64,000 bases of DNA from a virus (taxonomy: Duplodnaviria > Caudoviricetes). Positions 1-9,484 of this stretch are shown here, in pieces. Every line of letters begins with the position of its first letter. The stretch's first letter is position 1. The notes beneath the pieces are model-generated. The model was given only the letters and a program-made list of their open reading frames with translations. It was not told where the DNA came from and did no database searches. Made by a program: the position numbers and the translations under genes. The stretch lies in the IMG/VR virus record IMGVR_UViG_3300021399_000100; one strand, written 5' to 3'.

Positions 1-66
1 GAACACTTTAGCGCCATCCTGTGCGCTTTTAAGTTCGAAATTTACGTATAATATTTCCTTTGCCAT
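1..66 (-). CDS. Partial ORF (5' end only), probable member of the 'PF-AEKAK-GAKV' paralog family
   Basis: Manual translation MAKEILYVNFELKSAQDGAKVF resembles the N-termini of 3229-3894, 3912-4343, 5245-6168 and 6195-7307; runs off the window edge. Confidence 0.55.
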   Translation of the reverse strand, partial: MAKEILYVNFELKSAQDGAKVF

Positions 67-72
67 GTTTAA

Positions 73-330
73 TTAGTTTTTAATGTTTGACATTTTAGAC
101 TCTGTTAGCTTTTTGGAACAGAGATATTGCCGGTGTATGTATACAATCAATATTATACCCCACGAGGTTGCTGTAAGCATTATAAGAGCCTGTATTATAA
201 AATACAAGTCTAATATTGAGGCTTTAATAGAGCATTCTTCTTTAATTCTTTGTCTCAAGAAGAAAATACCTCCTATGATACAAAGCACTAAAGAAAAAAT
301 GCATCCTATAAAATAAATTTTCATTATCAT
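73..330 (-). CDS. Small membrane protein (2 TM), paralog of 1529-1783
   Basis: KIYFIGCIFSL...TATSWGII shared with KVYLIGCAFSL...TAISWGVI. Confidence 0.7.
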   Translation of the reverse strand: MIMKIYFIGCIFSLVLCIIGGIFFLRQRIKEECSIKASILDLYFIIQALIMLTATSWGIILIVYIHRQYLCSKKLTESKMSNIKN

Positions 331-361
331 GTTGAATCGATTCTTTTAATTACCTGCATTT

Positions 362-952
362 TTATTCTGTTATTCTTATGAAAGGCTCTTTGCCTAAATT
401 CTGTAAATCAACAAATTCACCAAGAAATTCACGAGGAATCGATGATAACATGGACGTTGCTATGTTATTCAATTCAGCTAGTTTACCTAGAATAACGTCT
501 AAGTTTTCAAGCATCGACGTATATTTGGAGTTTTCTTCCTCCAAATAGTTGATTTTCCAGGTCAACGCCTCTTTTAATTTGTCGTATTTAAGTCTGTTAT
601 TTTCGACAATGTCGCGGGTTGGTATCATTGTGATATGATAGTCCGCATAAACCCATACGGGGTCGCATGTAATGATGCGCATTCTGGATGTGTTCTTGTT
701 TGAGCGAAAATACCAATAATCAGAATCAGTAATTAGCCAATGCGTTGTTTTTTGCGTTGCTGGATCTTTTTTAGTTGTAGCGTTTATTATTTTTTTGCTT
801 ACGGCCTTGTTATCGAACGGTTTTAACGCTTCTAATACATAATTCAAGTATTCAATTTTCTCGTCATTGAATCTAATCCTGAACTCGTATTTTTCAATGA
901 ATTCTGCTTTATGCATCATATTTTTATTTATTGTTGAGTACGTTCGTTTCAA
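362..952 (-). CDS. Hypothetical phage protein
   Basis: 196-aa ORF in a tightly packed - strand run. Confidence 0.65.
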   Translation of the reverse strand: MKRTYSTINKNMMHKAEFIEKYEFRIRFNDEKIEYLNYVLEALKPFDNKAVSKKIINATTKKDPATQKTTHWLITDSDYWYFRSNKNTSRMRIITCDPVWVYADYHITMIPTRDIVENNRLKYDKLKEALTWKINYLEEENSKYTSMLENLDVILGKLAELNNIATSMLSSIPREFLGEFVDLQNLGKEPFIRITE

Positions 953-1193
953 AAGAAACCAATTCCTTTACCATTTCATGGTAAAGATTACCAGTTTCAA
1001 ATTGTAAAAGACAACTACGAACTATAAGTTCGGAGTCTCCCTTATCTTTTCCGATGTACTCATCTGCTGATATGATTTTATATCTACATTCATGTTCATC
1101 TAAATATCTGCGCATTCTCAGATAAACATAGTACGAAACATCAAGAGAAAAATCATCCGATGCTGCTTGTAATGTGTAAGTTGTTTCAGCCAT
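924..1193 (-). CDS. Hypothetical phage protein
   Basis: ORF in co-oriented run with AT-rich leader. Confidence 0.6.
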   Translation of the reverse strand: MAETTYTLQAASDDFSLDVSYYVYLRMRRYLDEHECRYKIISADEYIGKDKGDSELIVRSCLLQFETGNLYHEMVKELVSFETNVLNNK

Positions 1194-1350
1194 GTTATTA
1201 TTGTTTTATTTTATTATCGTTCGGTACCAACGGCGTGTCAATCAAGCCACCAGATAAAGTGCCTCCAGTTTGATGTAACATCGACAAGCAATACAGACAA
1301 AAGCCCAACAATCATTCCCAATGTGAAATATACAGGTCCGTTCATAATGC

Positions 1351-1536
1351 TCAATCTTTTAAATTATTACCCCAACTTTGTCCAAACATGAGGGCGAATT
1401 TTATCAAAGCACCTGCAATATTATTCTTCTCTTTTGCAGAGAGCTCTTCTTCTGGATTCTTGACTGGTTTTCCTGCTTTCTTAAAAGTACAGTCTGCAAG
1501 ATTCTCCTTACCCAAATTAATCTCAATTTTAATCAT
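1351..1536 (-). CDS. Hypothetical protein
   Basis: Short ORF overlapping the upstream gene's stop. Confidence 0.55.
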   Translation of the reverse strand: MIKIEINLGKENLADCTFKKAGKPVKNPEEELSAKEKNNIAGALIKFALMFGQSWGNNLKD

Positions 1537-1783
1537 AATTTTTATCTTTTAAAGTAAATAATGTTTCGTCTTTGATTAGATATAAGAACAGTATAATTAC
1601 ACCCCATGATATCGCTGTCGTACCCATCACTGCAAGTATCACGCGAATCATGTCTCTTACTGAGACTTTAACAGAGCCCTCTTCTCGGATTTTTAGTCTT
1701 AAACCCAAAATAAAGATTATAACACTAAATATTAAAGAAAAGGCACATCCAATAAGATAAACTTTAATTACTGTCATAATCAA
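1529..1783 (-). CDS. Small membrane protein (2 TM)
   Basis: Hydrophobic segments; paralog of 73-330. Confidence 0.7.
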   Translation of the reverse strand: MIMTVIKVYLIGCAFSLIFSVIIFILGLRLKIREEGSVKVSVRDMIRVILAVMGTTAISWGVIILFLYLIKDETLFTLKDKNYD

Positions 1784-1809
1784 TTCTTTTAGTTTCTAAC
1801 GTTTTGCTT

Positions 1810-1950
1810 TCAATCAACCACATCGGGTTCATTATGAACTTTAATAAATACGCCTACTGATTCAGGAGCATATACCTTTTCAATTGTAGGATGTTTATCC
1901 GACCATGCAATTTTTATCACATCGCCGATATTTAAATCTCCAGCTTTCAT
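1810..1950 (-). CDS. Small hypothetical protein (start revised to MKAGDLNIG)
   Basis: ATG at 1950 lies downstream of the early promoter at 1987-1994. Confidence 0.5.
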   Translation of the reverse strand: MKAGDLNIGDVIKIAWSDKHPTIEKVYAPESVGVFIKVHNEPDVVD

Positions 1951-1986
1951 AACATTGATATTTTTATGTTCTTTTCTTTCATGACA

Positions 1987-1994
1987 TAAAGATA
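1987..1994 (-). promoter_or_regulatory. Early (host-RNAP, Bacteroidota-type) promoter -7 element TATCTTTA
   Basis: Resembles the Bacteroides TAnnTTTG consensus, with TGTGG upstream; recurs at 8 intergenic sites. Confidence 0.6.
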
Positions 1995-2075
1995 ATATAT
2001 TTTTACCAATATGCCACACATTTTCTGTAAAAAGTTTCAGTATAATGGATGTATGATTGTACAAATCTATATTTT

Positions 2076-2393
2076 TTATTTGAGTGCTTTTGCTTTTTCT
2101 AGCATCTTTTCAAAATACGCTTTGTTATCTTCATAATCAATTTGCAGATCCCTTAATGCGTCTGTACAATGTTTTATTGCAGCTTCTTTATCAACAGAGA
2201 CTAACAGATCTTCGCCACAATCATGAAGAGAAGATTCATCGCTCGGAACAACATATACTCCTCCATCGCTTGTATATATCTTGATATAATCATAATCTTC
2301 GAACAAAGGGTCTGGTTTAATATCAACGATACATTTCTTTTCTGCGTCGACATATATGGTATCGCCGGCGTTTAAGTCTTTAAATGTTTTCAT
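2076..2393 (-). CDS. Hypothetical protein, paralog of 4852-5175
   Basis: MKTFKDLNAGDTIY vs MKTFGELEVGDFVY. Confidence 0.7.
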   Translation of the reverse strand: MKTFKDLNAGDTIYVDAEKKCIVDIKPDPLFEDYDYIKIYTSDGGVYVVPSDESSLHDCGEDLLVSVDKEAAIKHCTDALRDLQIDYEDNKAYFEKMLEKAKALK

Positions 2394-2596
2394 ACCTCTT
2401 CAATTATTGTTTTCTTTGGGTTAAATCTTCTAATTGCAGTCCTTGCTTCTTCAAGATTTGAATAAGTATACGGGAAATCATGAGCATATCCACCTGTGGA
2501 ATTGAGACTAATCCACCAAAAGAACAAAAACCTCTTCTGTATGTGATAAGTTGAGCACTCATCGTAATCAAATTTTATAATTCTGTACTTTTTCAT
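2390..2596 (-). CDS. Hypothetical phage protein (KRFLFFW motif)
   Basis: Motif shared with 4340-4687; ATGA overlap with the next gene. Confidence 0.7.
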   Translation of the reverse strand: MKKYRIIKFDYDECSTYHIQKRFLFFWWISLNSTGGYAHDFPYTYSNLEEARTAIRRFNPKKTIIEEV

Positions 2597-2597
2597 T

Positions 2598-2661
2598 GTA
2601 TTTCAATTAGTTATTAAATACTTGCCAAATAAGCATGTTTTTTTTCGTCTTATTTGGTAAG
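2598..2661. repeat. Intergenic repeat with hairpin, copy 1
   Basis: GTATTTCAATTAGTTATTAAA..CTTGCCAAATAAG...CTTATTTGG(T/C)AAG is also present at 5177-5238. Confidence 0.85.
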
Positions 2662-2710
2662 CTTGATTAAATTCCAATATAGCACATACATATTATGATA
2701 AAGAAGACTA

Positions 2711-3016
2711 TTATGAGTGGCATTTCTTTGGTTTATAAGATATTACTTGTACTTCTTCATATTCAGAAGCTTCACAATTAACATCAAGGTCAGAAGGAAT
2801 TAAACACTCGTCTAATATTTCATGTAAACCTGACACTCCCACAAATCCATCTTCACACCGATAAATGTCAGTCGCATAAACAGCATCCTTATCTACCTCA
2901 ATGTCAATAGTCGCGACTTTCTTTGTCTTTTCGTCTACTGCATCTTCTACATCATATAATGCAATGAATGGGTTTTCGTAATTGTTTACAAGTTTAATGA
3001 ATTCTTGTGCTTTCAT
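2711..3016 (-). CDS. Hypothetical phage protein (start revised to MKAQEF)
   Basis: Revised start avoids overlap with 3030-3227. Confidence 0.65.
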   Translation of the reverse strand: MKAQEFIKLVNNYENPFIALYDVEDAVDEKTKKVATIDIEVDKDAVYATDIYRCEDGFVGVSGLHEILDECLIPSDLDVNCEASEYEEVQVISYKPKKCHS

Positions 3017-3029
3017 AAGTCTTTTGTTT

Positions 3030-3227
3030 TTAATTGTTTTTATTAAATAGTGATTTGACAGAATAAACGACAACGAGAATTGGCCAGAATACAATAAATT
3101 TCGGCAGCTTTCTTTTAAAACTTTCGTCCTCGTCATCTAGAAATAATAAGGCTAATATACAGCCTAACATCATATATACGGATGTCACAAGAAGTGCAAT
3201 TCCTATCAAAAATAATGCTTGTGCCAT
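3030..3227 (-). CDS. Small membrane protein
   Basis: Hydrophobic segments with FWP motif. Confidence 0.6.
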   Translation of the reverse strand: MAQALFLIGIALLVTSVYMMLGCILALLFLDDEDESFKRKLPKFIVFWPILVVVYSVKSLFNKNN

Positions 3228-3228
3228 A

Positions 3229-3894
3229 TTACTTTATATTAATTAAAGGCTCTTCCCACTCGCCTCCATTTCTGCGAATGTAAACCTCACCAATTTCTTC
3301 ATCAGCTTCATCAATTGGATAATTATAATCAGCAGTATAAGCTGTATGCCCACCTTTAACCATGTATTCCCTATGCTCTCCTGGGCAGTCTCTCAACCAC
3401 CAGGAAAACTCTTGCTGAGTCATTCTGCGAGTTTTGATCTCTTTTTCAACTTCATCAGCAGTATTCTTCTGACCTTGTTTTTGAAGCCAAGTAATCCAAG
3501 CATCTTTCCTTTTCAGAAAAAGTGGCATAGGGAGAGCATCATTATTCCATAGACCATTTATTGCATCTATGAGTTCTTCAATTATGCCTTTATCGTCTTT
3601 TGGCACAAAAATACTATCTGTTCCACTATATTCTCTTCTTGTTTTTTCTTGTTCTTCTTCTTCAATAAAGAGATCATAATCGCTGTCTACATCGAGTGCA
3701 TAATGTCTTCCTTCTTTTGTAAAAGAACGGATAACTTCTGTATTGTCTTCTTCTGTCACGGCACCTGCAATTGTAAATAATCTGCCTTTTATGTCATAAA
3801 AACCTATCCTTACAGGATAACCACATCGTGTTACAATTTTGGCTCCTTTCTTAGCTTTTTCAGCATCAAAAGGAATACGTTTTATTTTACTCAT
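3229..3894 (-). CDS. Modular paralog family protein (modules A-B-D)
   Basis: Shared N-terminal IPFDAEKAK..DLFIEEE and C-terminal RRMT..WLRD..GEWEEPLI blocks. Confidence 0.8.
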   Translation of the reverse strand: MSKIKRIPFDAEKAKKGAKIVTRCGYPVRIGFYDIKGRLFTIAGAVTEEDNTEVIRSFTKEGRHYALDVDSDYDLFIEEEEQEKTRREYSGTDSIFVPKDDKGIIEELIDAINGLWNNDALPMPLFLKRKDAWITWLQKQGQKNTADEVEKEIKTRRMTQQEFSWWLRDCPGEHREYMVKGGHTAYTADYNYPIDEADEEIGEVYIRRNGGEWEEPLINIK

Positions 3895-3911
3895 TTATTC
3901 TCCTTTCTTTA

Positions 3912-4343
3912 TTATTCTGTTATTGTTGGTCTATGCCATTCTCCTTTGTCTTCACGAATTAGAATGTCAGTAGCTTCCTCGTCTTTAGATTCCTCATTAT
4001 AACTAAAGTTTGTACTAATACATGAACCTCTAAACATCTTATATTGTCTATGAGGCATTTCAGTCAACCACAAAGCAACCTCTTCATAGGTCATCAATCT
4101 TTCTTTGACTTCCTCCTCAATGAAGAGGTCAAATCCATCCTCTTCTTTGTTAGGATAAAAGTTTCCCTCTATTGTAAATTGACCAGGAATTTCCTTTCCA
4201 TCTTTTTTTACAGCAGCAATGATAGGAAGCCTGCTATCCTCTAAATCATAACATAAAATTCTCACAGGATAGCCATATCTTGTGACTACCTTTGCTCCGT
4301 TCTTCGCCTTCTCTGCATCGAAAGGTATTAACTTTGTTTTCAT
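3912..4343 (-). CDS. Modular paralog family protein (modules A-D)
   Basis: Same N- and C-terminal blocks with no insert. Confidence 0.8.
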   Translation of the reverse strand: MKTKLIPFDAEKAKNGAKVVTRYGYPVRILCYDLEDSRLPIIAAVKKDGKEIPGQFTIEGNFYPNKEEDGFDLFIEEEVKERLMTYEEVALWLTEMPHRQYKMFRGSCISTNFSYNEESKDEEATDILIREDKGEWHRPTITE

Positions 4344-4687
4344 ATCTCTTCCTCCTTTTTTGCTTTAAAATTTGAAAAGTTAATAAGTTTTCTCTTTGTA
4401 AGCTTTTCTTCTTTGAGATCTTGTAGAAACTTTTGAATATAATCCATAGCTTCTTCTTCACTCCAAAATCTTTTATAATCACCATAAGAATCTTGTATTC
4501 TTACAAAGAAGATCCAAAGAAATCTTTTTTCAGGATAATATTTCTTATCTTGTTTTACTATACGAAAAGTTTGACTTTTATTATTCCAAATAAGTTTTCT
4601 CCAACTTTGATCAACAAATAGTTGAAAGATTAGAAAAGCAAAAATAATACAGATTGAGAGCCAAGCTAACATGTGAATAATCATCAT
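4340..4687 (-). CDS. Membrane-anchored hypothetical protein
   Basis: N-terminal TM plus KRFLWIFF motif. Confidence 0.65.
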   Translation of the reverse strand: MMIIHMLAWLSICIIFAFLIFQLFVDQSWRKLIWNNKSQTFRIVKQDKKYYPEKRFLWIFFVRIQDSYGDYKRFWSEEEAMDYIQKFLQDLKEEKLTKRKLINFSNFKAKKEEEI

Positions 4688-4851
4688 TTACCTCCTTTTT
4701 ATTTAGTTATCAATATATTCATACTTGCCTACAAAAATGTAATGCCCATTGTCTTCTTTGTCAAATAAGTCATTTGCCTTTTCTGCTAATAGCTGTGCTT
4801 GACTATATAATTGTTTTTCAGAAGCTGTTATTTTGTTACATTGGGCTGTTT

Positions 4852-5175
4852 CTATAAATTCTTTACTGTTTTATATTTTTCTCTAATTTCTTGAATTAGT
4901 TTTATACGACATGAGTGTCTATAATCTTCTTCTATTAGTTTTTGTGATAACCATTTCTCTATGACTTCCTCACAGGAGAAATATGCACCATCAATCGCCG
5001 TAGATATAGACTCATTTTTATGACATGTAAACCCATATTCATAATCAACACTTATTAGAATGGTTCCTTGTTCTTGATTAGTTATACCTACAATCTTGTA
5101 CATGTCAAAATAATCAAGACTATTTTGCATAAAATAAACAAAGTCACCAACTTCAAGTTCTCCAAATGTTTTCAT
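4852..5175 (-). CDS. Hypothetical protein, paralog of 2076-2393
   Basis: Shared N-terminal motif. Confidence 0.7.
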   Translation of the reverse strand: MKTFGELEVGDFVYFMQNSLDYFDMYKIVGITNQEQGTILISVDYEYGFTCHKNESISTAIDGAYFSCEEVIEKWLSQKLIEEDYRHSCRIKLIQEIREKYKTVKNL

Positions 5176-5176
5176 C

Positions 5177-5238
5177 GTATTTCAATTAGTTATTAAACAC
5201 TTGCCAAATAAGACTTTTGACACTGCTTATTTGGCAAG
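5177..5238. repeat. Intergenic repeat with hairpin, copy 2
   Basis: Near-identical to 2598-2661 except in the loop. Confidence 0.85.
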
Positions 5239-5244
5239 ATTAAA

Positions 5245-6168
5245 TTAGATTTCTACAAGTGGTTTCTCCCACTCACCATGATTCCGACGAATGAATACTT
5301 TTCCTTCTGGAGTATCTGCCTCATCTTCTGGATAATCGTAATTGCTATAAACGCTTTCACTGCATACATATCTAAACTCCCGATGCTCTTCTGGAGCGTC
5401 ACGCAACCAATCGGCGAGTTCTTGGCGGGTCATAAGCCGAGTTTTGCCCTCTTCTTCAGCCTTATCAGTGGCAATCTCTTTTAACTCGTTTCTTTCAGAA
5501 TCCCACTCATAGCCTTCTTCTTTCATCTTTTTAAAGATTTGAGAACATTGTTCTTTTGTTGCAGGTATGAAATAGTTATTAGCCCAACAATCGTCTCTTC
5601 TATGCTGCATGTTATAATAGGACGAAAAACTTGTGGCTGTATCTATTTGCTTAAAAATAAGAATGGTTGTCCTATTCTTTGAAGCAAGAATATCACCAGG
5701 TTTCGCATAGCAAATATTCCAAGGTTTGAAATACTTTTGATAGTACTTCGGTTCAAAACTTAAATTACATTTAAGAATATCAGATCCTGAATAAGGAACG
5801 CCTTCCATAAACGAAGTATAATTTATCCCATCTTCTAACCACAAGCAAGCTTCTCTCGTACAGAGATACCATTCGTCTGGCATTATTTCAAAATTATTAG
5901 GTTCTTCATCAACCTCCTCTTCAATGAAAAGGTCAAAAACATTTTTGAACGCATCATTTCTGGACTCTTCGTCTTCTACTGCGCGTCTTCCATCTTTTGT
6001 AAAAGAACATACGACTTCGCCCCCATCAGTTTCCACCGCGCCCACAATAGGGTGTTCTTCGTCCTTTAAGTCAAAGAAGCCTATTCGAACACGACGGCCA
6101 CATCTGGTTACGATTTTGGCACCTGCCTGCGCCGCTTCTATGTTGAAAGGTATTAATTTTGTTTTCAT
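5245..6168 (-). CDS. Modular paralog family protein (modules A-C-D)
   Basis: Start MKTKLIPF; shared blocks. Confidence 0.8.
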   Translation of the reverse strand: MKTKLIPFNIEAAQAGAKIVTRCGRRVRIGFFDLKDEEHPIVGAVETDGGEVVCSFTKDGRRAVEDEESRNDAFKNVFDLFIEEEVDEEPNNFEIMPDEWYLCTREACLWLEDGINYTSFMEGVPYSGSDILKCNLSFEPKYYQKYFKPWNICYAKPGDILASKNRTTILIFKQIDTATSFSSYYNMQHRRDDCWANNYFIPATKEQCSQIFKKMKEEGYEWDSERNELKEIATDKAEEEGKTRLMTRQELADWLRDAPEEHREFRYVCSESVYSNYDYPEDEADTPEGKVFIRRNHGEWEKPLVEI

Positions 6169-6194
6169 ATTATCATTCTTTTTATTAATGTTAA

Positions 6195-7307
6195 TCACTC
6201 TTCAATTAGAGGCTCCATCCAGTCGCCTCCATTCTTGCGAATTAATATGTCACCCGCAACTGGATTATGTTCTTTTTCTTCAGAATAACCTCTACTTGTA
6301 TAAACCTCGCTACGAGTCTTGAACTTCCATTCCCTGTGCTCTTCGGGATGTTCACGAAGCCACCAAGACAACTCTTTATAAGTCATTTTGCGAGTTTTAA
6401 TCTTCTTTTCAGCCGTATCAGCATCAATCTTCTTTAATTCTTTCGTATCAGGGTTCCATTCATACCCTGATTCTTTTATTTTCTGAAAGAGAGTATCACG
6501 CTGTTCTTTGGTAGCTGGAGTCACAGACATGAAGTCTTCTTTCCTTCCAAGTCTTGTTATCATTTTATAAAAACATCCATGAGAGACATAGCAAAAATGC
6601 GTAATTATAACATTTTCTTCATTTACAGAAGAAAACATAAATAAATACTCTTTGAAATCACGGCCTTTTGCACAAAGTACATCACCATCCTTTGCATCAG
6701 TGATGTTCCAAAGTCTTATATTTTTTACATTCTCACTAAAATAGCCGTAACTAAGAATGCCAAAACTATAAGAAATAGTATGATAGCCACAAGTGTGATT
6801 GGTGACATTTTCAGTAACATCGGTAATTCGCTGTACCCTGCCTTGTTCGCTTATCACCCAATCGCCTTCCTGGAACTTGGGCTTATTATCAGCAGGCTTC
6901 TCCTCACATTGTTTTTTAAGCCAAGCAAGCCAAGCATCTTTTCTTTTTATAGAAAGTGGCATAGGTAGAGCATCATTATCCCATAGGCCATTTATTGCAT
7001 CTATGAGTTCTTCCCGGATACCTTCGTCGTCTTTGGGAACATAAATGCTATCTGTGCCGCTGTATTCTCTCCGTGGTTTTTCTTTCTCTTCTTCTTCTAT
7101 GAAGAGGTCATATTCTGATTCATCTTCGTTAGAGATAAATTTTCCTTCTGCTGTAAAACTATATGTAAAAATACCATCCTCTGTTTTTACCCTAGCACGT
7201 ATAGGATATTTTTTATTTAAAATACATTCTTCTATTGTTACAGGATAACCACACCTTGTGACTATCCTTGCGCCAGCTTCGGCTTGCTCAATACTAAAAG
7301 GTATCAT
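6195..7307 (-). CDS. Modular paralog family protein (modules A-B-C-D)
   Basis: Contains both insert modules. Confidence 0.8.
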   Translation of the reverse strand: MIPFSIEQAEAGARIVTRCGYPVTIEECILNKKYPIRARVKTEDGIFTYSFTAEGKFISNEDESEYDLFIEEEEKEKPRREYSGTDSIYVPKDDEGIREELIDAINGLWDNDALPMPLSIKRKDAWLAWLKKQCEEKPADNKPKFQEGDWVISEQGRVQRITDVTENVTNHTCGYHTISYSFGILSYGYFSENVKNIRLWNITDAKDGDVLCAKGRDFKEYLFMFSSVNEENVIITHFCYVSHGCFYKMITRLGRKEDFMSVTPATKEQRDTLFQKIKESGYEWNPDTKELKKIDADTAEKKIKTRKMTYKELSWWLREHPEEHREWKFKTRSEVYTSRGYSEEKEHNPVAGDILIRKNGGDWMEPLIEE

Positions 7308-7326
7308 TTTCTTTTTTCATATTTTA

Positions 7327-7770
7327 TTATACTATAATCTCTTTTTCTATTCTTGCTGATCTTAAAATATTTTGTAGCTCATGAACATACAAGATATATC
7401 CTATGAATCCTCTTTGATTGCTTCTTTTTATATTACTTTCATCCATTTGCTCTACCCTAATAAAAAATTCGCCTTTCATTCGATGTCGATATCTTATTGA
7501 TATAGAGTAGCTAAAGTCTTTAGTTGCTTTTCTGTCAAAATATTCATTTTCGCCAATTAATTGATTCTTTACGAACCCGGACTTTATCAGAATTTCATCA
7601 GACAATGGAATAGGATAAGCCTCATCAGCGCATATATACGAGCAACCTCCATAACCATCATCCTCATAATTAATACGATCATCATCATTCGAGTCGTTAA
7701 TCCCGTAGACCATAATGGGCTCGTTTTTGTAAAAGACCCAATCACCAATCATTAATTCGCGTATGTCCAT
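7327..7770 (-). CDS. Phage protein of the 'ELMIGDWV...PIPL...YVHELQN' family (YopX-like neighbourhood)
   Basis: Motifs typical of Bacteroidetes phage proteins. Confidence 0.6.
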   Translation of the reverse strand: MDIRELMIGDWVFYKNEPIMVYGINDSNDDDRINYEDDGYGGCSYICADEAYPIPLSDEILIKSGFVKNQLIGENEYFDRKATKDFSYSISIRYRHRMKGEFFIRVEQMDESNIKRSNQRGFIGYILYVHELQNILRSARIEKEIIV

Positions 7771-7783
7771 AGAATGTATTTAA

Positions 7784-8374
7784 TTAGTCAATTAGTTCAA
7801 ATTCGTAAACAAATACATAGGGATTCGAATCCCATGTACCTTTACCACTTATCTTATCGATAAGTGCGGCGTATGCTTCTTTGGGTGTGAGCCAGCTTCT
7901 AAAGCTATTAGGAAACGTATAAGCAACTACTTCCTCTAAATTAGAATCCAAGACATCGTCTCGTCTATAGATTCCTTCAGCAAAGCAATCAGTATCACTT
8001 ATGTCTTGTAGACGTTCAGCATGTACGCCCGTGATACAGATATGATGGATCATGTATTCAGATTTGACGAACATCTTATTGTTCCAGCCTGCAGTACCAC
8101 GCACATTTTGCGACGTTTCTGTAGGGTGTCCATCTTTCATTATGTCTGAATAACGTTGCGCGATTGCGACGGTCTCGCCAATATGATATGATGATAAATC
8201 ATTATCATCGCTACCAAGTATATTATTGAGTGACACAATATGTTCGGACTCGAGAATATCGATTATAAAATTTAAATCATTTTTACCCTTGACCATTCTC
8301 CGAGTCTGTGTCTTCTTTCCATCTAATACGGCTTTAGTGAGTCCATATTGATCGTTGAACATAATCTTCTTCAT
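7784..8374 (-). CDS. ASCH/PUA-like phage protein
   Basis: AVLDGKKTQTRR...ERLQDIS...W..NPYVFVYEF pattern. Confidence 0.7.
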   Translation of the reverse strand: MKKIMFNDQYGLTKAVLDGKKTQTRRMVKGKNDLNFIIDILESEHIVSLNNILGSDDNDLSSYHIGETVAIAQRYSDIMKDGHPTETSQNVRGTAGWNNKMFVKSEYMIHHICITGVHAERLQDISDTDCFAEGIYRRDDVLDSNLEEVVAYTFPNSFRSWLTPKEAYAALIDKISGKGTWDSNPYVFVYEFELID

Positions 8375-8463
8375 TGCTTTCAGATTTTAGAGGTGTTAAT
8401 TATAGCAATGCTATTAAAAATGGGATGCTCATGATGGCTATCGTGAGCATTGCCCATTCAGGA

Positions 8464-8739
8464 TTACTCGATAGTCACCTTAAGGAACTTGAAAGAGAAA
8501 CCTTCCGGTAATGTTGTTGATCCTTCGGGCAATCGGCCACCCTGCAGTTGTGCGATGTAGGCAATATCTCCCTTTTCAAGTCTCACATTTATACGTGAGA
8601 ACTCTACGCCCAATACAGCAGCTGTGTCTTTGTGGCCAACTGCTGATTCCAAACCGGTTGGAAGCTCTTTAACTTCCTCAACTTTGATTGTTGCAGGAGT
8701 TGAAACCATCTGCAACGAAAACGCATTTAATAAGTACAT
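8464..8739 (-). CDS. DUF1874 / STIV B116-like protein
   Basis: YLLNAFSLQM, SAVGHxDTA and RLPEG motifs. Confidence 0.75.
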   Translation of the reverse strand: MYLLNAFSLQMVSTPATIKVEEVKELPTGLESAVGHKDTAAVLGVEFSRINVRLEKGDIAYIAQLQGGRLPEGSTTLPEGFSFKFLKVTIE

Positions 8740-8777
8740 ATATCCTCCTTTGTTAATGTTCTGTTTCTTTTATGACA

Positions 8778-8785
8778 TAAAGATA
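8778..8785 (-). promoter_or_regulatory. Early promoter -7 element TATCTTTA
   Basis: Same architecture as at 1987. Confidence 0.6.
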
Positions 8786-8888
8786 ATACATTTTTATCAA
8801 TACGCCACATATTTCTTATAAATAATTACTGTAAAGTAGCGTATTCACATAGAAACGCTGGTTTAATCAACCTTTTGGCATCTTTATA

Positions 8889-9443
8889 TTATATATCGTA
8901 TTGCTCCATATATTTTTTATGTGTGCCAGCAACGATAGTTTCCTGAAGTTCTATTAGTCTTTCGGTGTCGCCTGATTCTGAATAATCATATATTGCGTGA
9001 GACAACAGAACATTAATTACATCCACTTCTTTTATACATTTTCTCAGGTCCATGATGTTGCTCGCAGCAGATTTACTGCCATCTTGTAAGAGACTAATTA
9101 TCTTATTTATAATGAACACATAAGCGCCGTTGAATTTCTGCTTGGCCTCGCCATTTTCTGCTATCTTTGCTACATGCCCATTACGCGGTATTTCTATTTT
9201 AATTTTTTTGAATCTATATGCATAATCGATAATATTTTCTTGAAGTTCGATCAGCTCATCGATATAGTCAGTTTCTATATAATGATGTATTGCTTGCCGT
9301 AGCATAGATATGAAAACAATGGCAGCATACACATCATCATATATGTTAGCGTTGTCACTTGGAGTAGGTTTACCTGCGTCTCGCAAGAGGCTAGCTATCG
9401 TGCTTGTGATGCTCTCATAAGCATCATTAAAATTTCCTTGCAT
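8889..9443 (-). CDS. Hypothetical protein with internal duplication
   Basis: Two copies of FN.AY..I...I.SLL.D..K and LIELQE. Confidence 0.7.
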   Translation of the reverse strand: MQGNFNDAYESITSTIASLLRDAGKPTPSDNANIYDDVYAAIVFISMLRQAIHHYIETDYIDELIELQENIIDYAYRFKKIKIEIPRNGHVAKIAENGEAKQKFNGAYVFIINKIISLLQDGSKSAASNIMDLRKCIKEVDVINVLLSHAIYDYSESGDTERLIELQETIVAGTHKKYMEQYDI

Positions 9444-9484
9444 AGTCTGCTTTTATTATTGTGTTATTAATAATTGTATTTAGT

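Noticed and set aside
3229-7307. Diversity-generating retroelement TR/VR pair
   Set aside because: No reverse transcriptase in the window, and the repeated segments are all inside coding paralogs rather than a non-coding template.
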